A stretch of DNA of 64,000 bases from IMG/VR virus record IMGVR_UViG_3300020202_000002, positions 1 to 64,000 of that record, one strand, 5' to 3'. A program made the position numbers and the translations under genes. Below the pieces are notes generated by a model, which made no database searches, was not told the DNA's origin, and was given only the letters and a program-made list of their open reading frames with translations. Positions 1 to 8,406 of this stretch are shown here, piece after piece. How positions within the stretch are numbered: position 1 is the first letter of the stretch; every line of letters starts with the position of its first letter. The DNA comes from a virus.

Positions 1-7
1 ACTGACG

Positions 8-676
8 ATGACACCGACACAACCAGAACGGAAGCCGAGCCCGGAGGAGAACCGACGCGTCTCTGAAATATGCGTAGCCCTCTTCGGCCATCGCTACATG
101 GACGATGAAGAATGGGGCAATGAGAAGCGGCTTCAGGTTCGCGACTTTATCCGTGCCGCAGAGGCTGACGCACGCCAGCCACTTGAGCAGCGCATCGCCG
201 AACTGGAAGCGTACATTGCCAAGCGGAATGGAGAACGGCCACGAGTGGAAACTGCGATAGCCCAGCGAGACGCCGCTTTGAAGGCCGTCTCTACCGCACG
301 CCAGGCGGCCCAGGATGCCGCAAGAGTGACGCCAGAGCAGCGAGCGGCCAAAGCAAGCAACGAGTGCCCAGGGCATGATCTGTGCAACGAGTGCACGGTC
401 TGCATCAACTGCGCTGCTGCCGCCATCCGCCAGGCCGAGGCTGACGCACGCCAAGCGGCCCAGGAAGAGATGCGGGAGCGCGCGGCGAAAGAGTGCCGCA
501 AGAATGCTGATCGTTGGAAAGAGTACTGCATCCATGATGCCAGTTGCGGTGACTACGAGAAAGCGGTCAAGTCCCAGCACCGTCAGAAGGCCTGCGAAGA
601 GTGCGAAACAGATATTCTTTGCTTGGATCTCACCATATCACCGCCCCCATCGTCTCCTGAGGAGGAACGGACATGA
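8..676 (+). CDS. hypothetical phage protein with internal repeats
   Basis: 222-aa ORF; IR.AEADARQ module repeated; stop overlaps the next start (ATGA). Confidence 0.6.
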   Translation: MTPTQPERKPSPEENRRVSEICVALFGHRYMDDEEWGNEKRLQVRDFIRAAEADARQPLEQRIAELEAYIAKRNGERPRVETAIAQRDAALKAVSTARQAAQDAARVTPEQRAAKASNECPGHDLCNECTVCINCAAAAIRQAEADARQAAQEEMRERAAKECRKNADRWKEYCIHDASCGDYEKAVKSQHRQKACEECETDILCLDLTISPPPSSPEEERT

Positions 677-1008
677 AGTATGTAGCAAAATCGGCGATCT
701 GGTTCTTCTGGTGGTCGGCCTGGCAGGTGCGCAAGTGCTTTGGGAAGCCGCACATGTTCCATGACTACATGTGGTGGACAATCAAGACATCTTTCCCGCC
801 CTGGTGGAAGTTCAGGCCATACTGCCACCACAACGAATATGGCAAGCAGTGGGAAGTATGGTTCGATAATGAAACTACGTATACAGAGTCGCGGACGATC
901 AGAGTGCAGGCGCACATTGGCATGGACTCTGGGAGGATCGTTGGCTTGACGATTTACGACGGCGCGTTGTCGTCTCCGGGTCCTGGCGCCCCAGGGAGGG
1001 AGTCGTGA
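673..1008 (+). CDS. hypothetical protein
   Basis: 111-aa ORF; GAGGA RBS; coupled at both ends. Confidence 0.6.
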   Translation: MKYVAKSAIWFFWWSAWQVRKCFGKPHMFHDYMWWTIKTSFPPWWKFRPYCHHNEYGKQWEVWFDNETTYTESRTIRVQAHIGMDSGRIVGLTIYDGALSSPGPGAPGRES

Positions 1009-1166
1009 GCGAAATCGACGTTGGCGCAACCATCACTATTCACAAGCGAACCATCGTGGCCGGCTATCTGAAACTTCTTGATGGAGAATCGGCACGGACA
1101 GTCGAGTTTGTCCCTGACGTTTTGCACGCGGATTACGACGCTCAGGGCAGACTTATCGGTAGGTAG
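1005..1166 (+). CDS. small DUF2283-like protein
   Basis: GTG-start 53-aa ORF translated by hand (below track cutoff): ...GYLKLLDGESARTVEFVPDVLHADYDAQGRLIGR resembles the DUF2283 pattern. Confidence 0.4.
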   Translation: MSEIDVGATITIHKRTIVAGYLKLLDGESARTVEFVPDVLHADYDAQGRLIGR

Positions 1167-1170
1167 TGCA

Positions 1171-1416
1171 ATGAGCGACCGTGAACTCGCCGTATTGGAG
1201 AAGGTCTTCGAGGCCGAGATTGCCCATGCTCTGGGCGAGGCTCCGTATCCGATCGTTCAGCTTCGCGCGGCCCAGCGACGTTTCGCTCCGAAACTGGTCA
1301 GCGACGGACTGATCGAGGAAGTGACGATCGTCGATCGCGGCTTGCACCTGAAGGGCTACGTGCTGACGCAATATGGGCGGATGGTGTACTGCCAGAATTG
1401 CAAGGAGAAACCATGA
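1171..1416 (+). CDS. hypothetical protein (possible winged helix)
   Basis: MSDRELAVLEKV...LVSDGLIEE...YVLTQYG; coupled to next ORF. Confidence 0.5.
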   Translation: MSDRELAVLEKVFEAEIAHALGEAPYPIVQLRAAQRRFAPKLVSDGLIEEVTIVDRGLHLKGYVLTQYGRMVYCQNCKEKP

Positions 1417-1619
1417 GCGATTGGCCACCAACGCAATTACCGACCACCATGAACGATGCCATTGACGAAAAATGTGCGGCAGAATCCAAAATAGCCGAAC
1501 TTGAGTTGGCCATTCGTGAACTACAGCAAAGGCGACGAGCATGGCTGAAGAGATATCGAAAGTGCATGGACGTAATGATGAAGATCCATCTCGACGCTGC
1601 GTGGGGAGAAAAACCATGA
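1413..1619 (+). CDS. hypothetical protein
   Basis: AAGGAG RBS; ATGA overlaps at both ends. Confidence 0.5.
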   Translation: MSDWPPTQLPTTMNDAIDEKCAAESKIAELELAIRELQQRRRAWLKRYRKCMDVMMKIHLDAAWGEKP

Positions 1620-2137
1620 ATTGCCCCCACGACATTCCGCCTGGGCTCTGCCAGGAGGACGACTGCAACGCCTGCGTGAAGTGCCTTGAACGCAAGACCG
1701 CCTTTGGCATTCCCATCGCCTCGACGCGCATGATCCTCTGTTCGACCTGTGGTAACAAGCGATGTCCGCGCGCGGCGGATCACAGGTTGGCCTGCACAGG
1801 AAGCAATGAACCTGGGCAGGTTGGTACGGCATGGGTTGACGCGATTCTTCGCATCGACCGAGAAGGAGAGCGAAAGACGGTTAGCGAACCGCCAAAACAG
1901 GACACCATCCTCGAAGAAGCCGCCAAGATCTACGGCTCTCCTGACGCGAACCTCAAGCGCATCGCTTCCATCTGGGGAGAAGTGCTGGGCCACGAGGTAT
2001 CGGTGGAACAGGTGTGCCTGATGATGATGGGGCTGAAACTGGCGCGGCTGGTGAACTCGCCGGCTCACAGGGATTCGCAGGTTGACGTGTGCGGGTATGC
2101 GAGGTTGCTGGAGATGGTGACAACGAAAGGAGCGTAG
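1616..2137 (+). CDS. Cys-rich N-terminus plus DUF6378-like phage domain
   Basis: CSTCGNKRCPRA motif; C-terminal YGSP..NL.RIA.IW...VCLMM..LKLARL......DS.VD.CGYA. Confidence 0.65.
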   Translation: MNCPHDIPPGLCQEDDCNACVKCLERKTAFGIPIASTRMILCSTCGNKRCPRAADHRLACTGSNEPGQVGTAWVDAILRIDREGERKTVSEPPKQDTILEEAAKIYGSPDANLKRIASIWGEVLGHEVSVEQVCLMMMGLKLARLVNSPAHRDSQVDVCGYARLLEMVTTKGA

Positions 2138-2596
2138 AGATGCAAAGTCCATATCTGGTTCAGCGCGGCACACTGAAGCCGCTCAAGGAAGTCACGGGGA
2201 TCGACGCTCTTGTGGCATTCGACTACATGGGCTCGTCCGAGTTCGAGTTTGGAGCATTGCCGAAAGCGTTAAAGAGCATCATTGGCGTCTTGCCGAAGCT
2301 TGGGTTCTTGCCGCTGCCGAATATCGAGTTTGAGGGCAAGCATCTGTGGGTGCTGTGTCTGACGGAAGACGAGGACGCGCTTCGAGAGTTTTTCGACATG
2401 ATCACGAAGGATAGGCCGGTGCGAATGAAGGAGGCCATGTACTGGGGGGACCGGCTGGGCGACAACAGAATCAACTTCTGGTGGGACCTGGAGAACAACT
2501 GGATGGCAACGTTCGGGGAGGACGAGATCCAGCAGGTTCACGATGCGCTGGTGGCCGTGAAGAAGAGAAAAGGTTGGTGACAACGAAGGGAGCGTA
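2115..2596 (+). repeat. 22-bp direct repeat pair bracketing one gene
   Basis: TGGTGACAACGAAAGGAGCGTA (2115-2136) vs TGGTGACAACGAAGGGAGCGTA (2575-2596), 21/22 identical. Confidence 0.85.
2140..2580 (+). CDS. hypothetical phage protein
   Basis: 146-aa ORF with FDYMGSSEFEFG motif; AAGGAG RBS. Confidence 0.65.
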   Translation: MQSPYLVQRGTLKPLKEVTGIDALVAFDYMGSSEFEFGALPKALKSIIGVLPKLGFLPLPNIEFEGKHLWVLCLTEDEDALREFFDMITKDRPVRMKEAMYWGDRLGDNRINFWWDLENNWMATFGEDEIQQVHDALVAVKKRKGW

Positions 2597-2598
2597 AC

Positions 2599-2838
2599 GT
2601 GACGGATACTCAGAAACTTGCTCTGAAGATGGCGGCCGATCCTGATTTGGTTGGCAAGACGTGGGACGAGGTTGTCGGGAACCAATCGCTTGATCCTTGG
2701 GAGTTTTGCTATGCGGTTCACTCAAGCTGGATCTACGCCAATTTCGCGGCCCTGATCCTTGAGGGTGATGACGCCAAGCTACAGGAGTTTATTGAGCAAG
2801 TCGATCCGAAGCGTGTTGTGCGCGCCGGGATTGCGTGA
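2599..2838 (+). CDS. hypothetical protein
   Basis: GTG start after GGGAG RBS. Confidence 0.5.
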   Translation: MTDTQKLALKMAADPDLVGKTWDEVVGNQSLDPWEFCYAVHSSWIYANFAALILEGDDAKLQEFIEQVDPKRVVRAGIA

Positions 2839-2869
2839 ACCACCACCCAGCCAAGTACAAGGAGAACTC

Positions 2870-3235
2870 ATGACCCACCCGACCAAAGCCGAACGGGACG
2901 AACTGCGGAAGCTGCTGGAGAAGGCTAGCCCGCCACCATGGGGCAAGGGCGGAAGTCGCACCATCGCTCAGGTTGACGCAGACGGAAAGCCTCTTGAGCG
3001 TGGGCAGCGATCGACGGGATCATCGTTCCCACTGGTCGGACAGGCATTCAGCTACGAGGACCGTGATCTCATTGCCGTCTCTCGCAACAGTCTCCCATCG
3101 CTCCTGGACAGCTACGAAGAGGCGCTGCGGGTGATACGGGGGCTGCGTGCGAACGCGATGACTGGTGACGACGGTTGGCATCCTGACGAAGAATGGGCTC
3201 AGGCTGCCGCCGATAAGATTCTGAAAGGCGAGTAA
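2870..3235 (+). CDS. Ead/Ea22-like phage protein
   Basis: LRKLLEKASPPPW...DRDLIAVSRNSLPSLLD pattern; AAGGAG RBS. Confidence 0.5.
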   Translation: MTHPTKAERDELRKLLEKASPPPWGKGGSRTIAQVDADGKPLERGQRSTGSSFPLVGQAFSYEDRDLIAVSRNSLPSLLDSYEEALRVIRGLRANAMTGDDGWHPDEEWAQAAADKILKGE

Positions 3236-3237
3236 CC

Positions 3238-3432
3238 ATGCTCACGAAAGAGCGGGACTGTTACCGTCATGCAAACGAATGCCTCATCAAGGCGGTGATG
3301 GAGTGGCGAGGACGCTGGACGACATCGGAGCATCGAGGCCAGGAACTTGCTTGCCAGATTCTTCTGAAGGAAATCGAGGAGCACCGAAAGGCTGTCGATG
3401 CGTACCGTGGCGCTACGCCTCCTGCCTGGTGA
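3238..3432 (+). CDS. hypothetical protein
   Basis: 64-aa ORF in the run of + genes. Confidence 0.45.
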   Translation: MLTKERDCYRHANECLIKAVMEWRGRWTTSEHRGQELACQILLKEIEEHRKAVDAYRGATPPAW

Positions 3433-3502
3433 GGATAGCCAAGCGTCCAGAGCACACGCGGAGTGTCTACGAGGAACAAGGATATCACGCAAGGAGTTGC
3501 GT

Positions 3503-3736
3503 ATGGTGCTGGCATTGATCAGGAACCGGTTTCGCGTCGAGAGAACCAAGGACTCGCGAACCAGCCGAGGTGCTGCCGGACCCCTGTTCCAGATTGTGCA
3601 GACGGCAACAGGGGTCGAACTGCACCAGGTAGTTCTGAACAGCAAAGGCGATCAGGAAAAGGACACGCTGGTGGGCAACTTCGCCAGCGAAAAGGCGGCG
3701 GAAGATGAGGTCAAAAGAAGGGGAGGCCACGGATGA
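3503..3736 (+). CDS. hypothetical protein
   Basis: AAGGAG RBS before ATG 3503; stop overlaps the methyltransferase start. Confidence 0.45.
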   Translation: MVLALIRNRFRVERTKDSRTSRGAAGPLFQIVQTATGVELHQVVLNSKGDQEKDTLVGNFASEKAAEDEVKRRGGHG

Positions 3737-5118
3737 GCAAACGTAAGCAGAAACGTCCGGCACGGACGCGCAAACAGGCAGCCGAATCGGCGCAGGACAT
3801 GCCACTGCGTTTGGAGTGGCGCACACCGCAAGAATTGGCTGATAATCCCGCGAACTGGCGCACCCATCCAACGGAGCAAATCAACGCGCTGACTGGAGTT
3901 CTTGCTGAAGTCGGCTGGGCTGGCGCCTGCCTGTACAACAGCCGAACGAATCGCCTGATCGACGGCCACGCGCGGAAGAAGGTCGCCCTTGAGCAGGGCA
4001 CGGACAAGATCCCTGTCCTGGTCGGCAACTGGACCGAGGAGCAGGAAAAGACCATCCTGGCTACCCTTGATCCGCTGGCATCCATGGCCCAAGCCGACAG
4101 CGAAGCGCTAGGCAAGCTGCTGGCGCAAATCGAGACCGACAACGAGGCCATTCGGGCGATGCTGGATGATTTGGGGCGAGAGAACGGCGTGGCGGTGGAA
4201 GCGGAGCCAGTGGAAGCGCCGGAGCCGCAAATAGACCGAGCTGCGGAACTTCAGAAACGATGGCAGACGGCAACAGGGCAATTGTGGGTGATTCCGTCAA
4301 AGTCGGTGCCAGGGAAGTCGCACCGGTTACTCTGCGGGGATTCGACGAACGAGGACGACGTTGGGCATGTGATGGATGGTCAGGTTGCCGACCTGTGCTT
4401 CACATCTCCTCCCTACGGCCAGCAGCGCGATTACGGGGAGAAGGCGAAAGAGCAGGTCCAAGACTGGCTCGCCATGATGTGCGGCGTGTTCGCGAATCTG
4501 CCGATGGCCGATGATGGGCAAGTTCTGGTGAACCTCGGCCTGATTCATCGTGATGGCGAGTGGGTGCCGTATTGGAATCCATGGATCGAATGGATGCGGT
4601 CGCAGGGTTGGCGGCGGTTCGGGTGGTACGTGTGGGATCAGGGACCTGGGCTTCCCGGTGATTGGAATGGTCGCCTCGCGCCATCTCACGAATTCGTTTT
4701 CCACTTCAATCGCGAGAGTGTTCGCCCGGACAAGTGGGTGGAGAAAAAGGAGGATAGTATCACGTTGCCACATGGAACCGGCATCCGCGAGAAAGATGGC
4801 TCAATGAAGGGGTGGTCATCGGCTGAGGCCTTTCTTCAGGCCAATAAAATTCCCGATTCAGTTTTACGGATCATGCGTCACAAAGCACGCGGAGACGAGT
4901 GCGAGCATCCTGCGGTGTTTCCTGTAGAGTTGCCAGAGTTTGTGATGCGGTGTTGGCCTGGAGTATCCTTTGAGCCGTTTGCTGGAAGCGGTTCGTCGTT
5001 TTGCGCCGCCGAGCGAGTGGGAACTATATGCTGCGGAATTGAGCTGGATGATGCTTACGTCGCAATAGGGCTTCAACGTCTCTCCGACATGGGCTTGTCC
5101 CCACGTTTGGCTGACTGA
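3733..5118 (+). CDS. ParB-like N-terminal domain fused to N4/N6 DNA methyltransferase (beta class)
   Basis: NPANWRTHP...LIDGHAR (ParB-like); LLCGDST; TSPPY catalytic motif precedes FEPFAGSGS SAM-binding motif; HPAVFP. Confidence 0.9.
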   Translation: MSKRKQKRPARTRKQAAESAQDMPLRLEWRTPQELADNPANWRTHPTEQINALTGVLAEVGWAGACLYNSRTNRLIDGHARKKVALEQGTDKIPVLVGNWTEEQEKTILATLDPLASMAQADSEALGKLLAQIETDNEAIRAMLDDLGRENGVAVEAEPVEAPEPQIDRAAELQKRWQTATGQLWVIPSKSVPGKSHRLLCGDSTNEDDVGHVMDGQVADLCFTSPPYGQQRDYGEKAKEQVQDWLAMMCGVFANLPMADDGQVLVNLGLIHRDGEWVPYWNPWIEWMRSQGWRRFGWYVWDQGPGLPGDWNGRLAPSHEFVFHFNRESVRPDKWVEKKEDSITLPHGTGIREKDGSMKGWSSAEAFLQANKIPDSVLRIMRHKARGDECEHPAVFPVELPEFVMRCWPGVSFEPFAGSGSSFCAAERVGTICCGIELDDAYVAIGLQRLSDMGLSPRLAD

Positions 5119-5158
5119 TCCGCTAGAATGCGAATAGGGAACAGACGCGAGGCAGATC

Positions 5159-5662
5159 ATGACGCAGGCAGGCAGAGAACCCAGAACAAGTGAACGTAGA
5201 CTGAAGGCGCTCGAAAAGCAGCGGCAGGCGCTCGAATTGCGCAAGGCTGGTGCCGATTTCCGGCAAATCGCCCAAAAATTGGGCTACGCCGGTCCCAGTG
5301 GCGCGCACAAGGCCGTGCTGGTGGCCATTGCCGAATCGCTCCGCGAGCCAGCCGAGGCGGTCATCGAACTGGAGGTAGCCCGTCTTGACAAGCTACTCAT
5401 GGGCGTGTGGTCTGCAGCTTGCGGTGGTGATCTGAACGCCATCGACCGCGTTCTGCAAATCGAAGGCATGCGCTGCAAGATCCTTGGAATGAACGCGCCA
5501 ACCAAGATTGCCCCAACGACTCCGGACGGCAAACCTCTTGTCTTTGCCTGGGAAAAACTATTCGCCCCTCCATCACGTCAGCACGAGATAGGCGATAGGA
5601 TAAAAGCAGTCGCGGAAAGTGGAACGACCGAGCGCAATGGAAGCGGTAGCTCCGGGCATTGA
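5159..5662 (+). CDS. terS: terminase small subunit
   Basis: ALELRKAGADFRQIAQKLGY HTH followed by helices; directly upstream of TerL. Confidence 0.7.
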   Translation: MTQAGREPRTSERRLKALEKQRQALELRKAGADFRQIAQKLGYAGPSGAHKAVLVAIAESLREPAEAVIELEVARLDKLLMGVWSAACGGDLNAIDRVLQIEGMRCKILGMNAPTKIAPTTPDGKPLVFAWEKLFAPPSRQHEIGDRIKAVAESGTTERNGSGSSGH

Positions 5663-7307
5663 CCTCTCACCAGAAACGGCCGCACGGCTGCGGGATCCGC
5701 TTCAGTTCGTCAATTTCCTCTGGCCTGACCTCCGGCTCTACGACAAGCAGTGGGACATTCTCTACTCCGTCGAGCACAACGGCGAGACGAACGTCTATTC
5801 GAGCAACATGGCCGGCAAGGACAAGGTTGCCGCGCTCGTGTGCCTGCGGGCGATCCTGTGCCACCGCGAGGCCCGCGTGGTGACGACGAGCGTTCGCGAC
5901 GACAGCATCAATCTGCTCTGGGCCGAAATCGACCAGTACATCAACGAGTCGAGTTATCCGTGGGACCGGTCCAAGACAGGCGTGCTCGATGCCGAACACG
6001 GCGGTCCACTGATTCGCAAGTACCACCACATCCGCATGGCGACGGAGATGGGCTACTCGTCGAAGAGCTATCTGATCGGCACGGTGAGCAAGAAGGGCGA
6101 GGGATTATCTGGCCACCACGCCGAGTTCACGATGCTGGTGGTAGACGAGGCGTCTGGCGTAGACGAAAAGGTGAAGATTTTCGCAGAGGGCTGGACCAAC
6201 AAACTGTTCGTGTTCGGCAACCCTAACGAGTGCAACAACTGGTGGCGCCGGGCGTACAAGGAAGGCAACATTCCTGCGGGGGAAGGCGACCTAGTGCAGT
6301 GGTGGAACGGCGAACTGGTTCAGCGCATGCATCGGTATAACATTCGGGTTCGTGCCGAGGACAGCCCCAACGTAAAGCTGGCGCTGGAGGAAATCGCCCG
6401 CGGCAAGAAGCCGTCGAACACCGTGATTCTTCCTGGGGTAATCAAGTACGAAGACGGGCTGAAGGGCTACGTCTACCGGCGCAAGCACTGGGACAAGGTT
6501 CGCCAGTGCATTGGCCTGGACGGCTCGTTTTACGAGGGGGCTGATTCGCTCCTGTTCCCTTCGGAATGGCTGGATCGGGCGGAACGGCTTGCGGACTCGC
6601 TGCGCGGCCAGCGGCGAATCGCCAAAGCGATGGGGCTGGATCCAGGGCAGGGCATTTCGAGCACGGTCTGGGCGGTTGTCGATGAGTTCGGCCTGATCGT
6701 CCTCGTGAGCATGAAGACGCCGGACACGAGTGTCATCGAAGGACGCACGCGGGCGCTGATGCACGAGTACAACGTTCATCCGTCGCGGGTTTGCATCGAC
6801 GTAGGCGGTGGTGGCAACAATATCGTGTCCCACCTGAATACGCAAAACGGTATCGGCGGTATGCAAAAACCACCGAGCGAATGGGTACGCGGCGTTTCGT
6901 TCGGCGAGTCACCGGCACTGCCACCGAAGCACGGCAGCCACACAGTCAAGCAACGGCTGACGGCAAGAGGCGAGCGGGCTGCGTACAAGAACCTTCGGCA
7001 CCAGATGTATGGCGACCTTCGTGACCTGTTGGATCCGTCACGAGAAGACGGTCGCAGTTTTGCGATTCCGGCCGAGTACACGGAACTGCGTCGGCAGATG
7101 GCCCCGATTCCGTACTGGACGGACGAGGAAGGCCGCTTGTTCGTTCCGCCGAAGCAGAGAGCATCGGACTCCAAGAACGAAAGCAAGGTTTACCTGGACA
7201 AGCTGATCGGCTGCTCTCCTGATGAGGTGGACGCCCTTGTTCTGGCGGTTCATGCCATGTTACATGCGCCAACGCAGCGGCTGGGAGGTGTGCTGTGCAC
7301 GGTGTAA
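5637..7307 (+). CDS. terL: terminase large subunit
   Basis: deviant Walker A SSNMAGKD; Walker B LVVDEA; FGNP motif; nuclease MGLDPG; C-terminal SPDEVDA. Confidence 0.9.
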   Translation: MEAVAPGIDLSPETAARLRDPLQFVNFLWPDLRLYDKQWDILYSVEHNGETNVYSSNMAGKDKVAALVCLRAILCHREARVVTTSVRDDSINLLWAEIDQYINESSYPWDRSKTGVLDAEHGGPLIRKYHHIRMATEMGYSSKSYLIGTVSKKGEGLSGHHAEFTMLVVDEASGVDEKVKIFAEGWTNKLFVFGNPNECNNWWRRAYKEGNIPAGEGDLVQWWNGELVQRMHRYNIRVRAEDSPNVKLALEEIARGKKPSNTVILPGVIKYEDGLKGYVYRRKHWDKVRQCIGLDGSFYEGADSLLFPSEWLDRAERLADSLRGQRRIAKAMGLDPGQGISSTVWAVVDEFGLIVLVSMKTPDTSVIEGRTRALMHEYNVHPSRVCIDVGGGGNNIVSHLNTQNGIGGMQKPPSEWVRGVSFGESPALPPKHGSHTVKQRLTARGERAAYKNLRHQMYGDLRDLLDPSREDGRSFAIPAEYTELRRQMAPIPYWTDEEGRLFVPPKQRASDSKNESKVYLDKLIGCSPDEVDALVLAVHAMLHAPTQRLGGVLCTV

Positions 7308-7495
7308 ATGTCACAATTCAGCGGGCTGAATTTGTCGTAAACGACGCACAGATGGCAAAGATTCAAGAGTTAGTCGCTGGCATCGTCTGGGAAGAAGTCA
7401 CGATCATCAACCCGCAGACGTTGCAGAGAATCCTTGAGGCGGAAGTGCAGCCGGACGTTGTTGTCACTGGTCCTGTTCGGGAGAATCTTCGATGA
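7295..7495 (+). CDS. hypothetical protein
   Basis: GGAGG RBS; coupled to next ORF. Confidence 0.45.
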   Translation: MHGVNVTIQRAEFVVNDAQMAKIQELVAGIVWEEVTIINPQTLQRILEAEVQPDVVVTGPVRENLR

Positions 7496-7797
7496 CCCAC
7501 ACCCGCCTAAAATTGCCCAACGCAGACGAGTTCGGCAACTACTGGTTCGGCGGCGCGCCCGGCAAGCTGCCGGCGATCCTGCCTCAGAAGGATCTCGTCA
7601 TCACCTACCAGAACCAGCAATCGCCAACGCGAGACGTGGTGTACACGGGACGGTTCAGCGTGCTGGTGTCGGAGGACGAAGGGTTTCTGACGACCGAGCG
7701 AGGCCAGCGAGAGCTGTTCGACGACGTGAAGCGGGCGTTGCGGGCGCTGAACGACCATCTGGACACCGCAACAAGGATTGGTTTGATGGGAGGGTGA
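7492..7797 (+). CDS. hypothetical protein
   Basis: 101-aa ORF with ATGA coupling. Confidence 0.55.
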   Translation: MTHTRLKLPNADEFGNYWFGGAPGKLPAILPQKDLVITYQNQQSPTRDVVYTGRFSVLVSEDEGFLTTERGQRELFDDVKRALRALNDHLDTATRIGLMGG

Positions 7798-8205
7798 ATG
7801 ATGCCGAGGAGCAACGAACACCGGCGTTTGGTTCCGTTCATGAACACCGTCGTCATGGAGCCGCGCACCGACGAGGAGTGTCTTGTCGGGGCCGACTATA
7901 CGGACGAGGAGAGAGAGTTTCTTCTGGCAGTGGACACCTACAAGCGGCGTGTCAATCCGAGGCCGTCGTGGGCGGAAGTTCTGCGCCTCGCGAAGGCGCT
8001 GGGCTATCGTAGGGTGGCCGAACGCTCTCCGGCCATTCCTGACGGGCACAGGCGCTGTCGGGGGTGCGGCGAGGACAAGCCGGCGACCACGGAGCACTTC
8101 TATCGGAACACCAAGGTGCCCGATGGCTGGAGTACACATTGCAAGGTCTGCGATTCCGAACGAACGTTGCTCTGGAAACAGCGGAGGCGAAATGTTCCAC
8201 GCTGA
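7798..8205 (+). CDS. planctomycete-type small domain plus Zn-finger
   Basis: YTDEEREFLLAVDTYKR....PSWAEVL...KALGYRR, recalled as a Planctomycetota conserved domain; CRGC...CKVC. Confidence 0.6.
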   Translation: MMPRSNEHRRLVPFMNTVVMEPRTDEECLVGADYTDEEREFLLAVDTYKRRVNPRPSWAEVLRLAKALGYRRVAERSPAIPDGHRRCRGCGEDKPATTEHFYRNTKVPDGWSTHCKVCDSERTLLWKQRRRNVPR

Positions 8206-8368
8206 ATTGCTCGAACGCCACCTGTTGCCTGAGGAATCTGAGAAGGTCCTGCGCGATCGCACCGGCAGCGATGAAGCGTCCGAAGGCGCGTTCGTATTCC
8301 TGCTGCTTTACCTAGTCGCTGCTGGTGGCTTTGTGGCCTGGGGGTGCGTGAAAACTTTGGCCCAGTGA
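8192..8368 (+). CDS. small membrane protein
   Basis: GGAGG RBS; C-terminal hydrophobic helix AFVFLLLYLVAAGGFVAW. Confidence 0.45.
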   Translation: MFHAELLERHLLPEESEKVLRDRTGSDEASEGAFVFLLLYLVAAGGFVAWGCVKTLAQ

Positions 8369-8406
8369 TAAGATAACGATACGTCGCAGAACAGGAACGG
8401 CACCGC

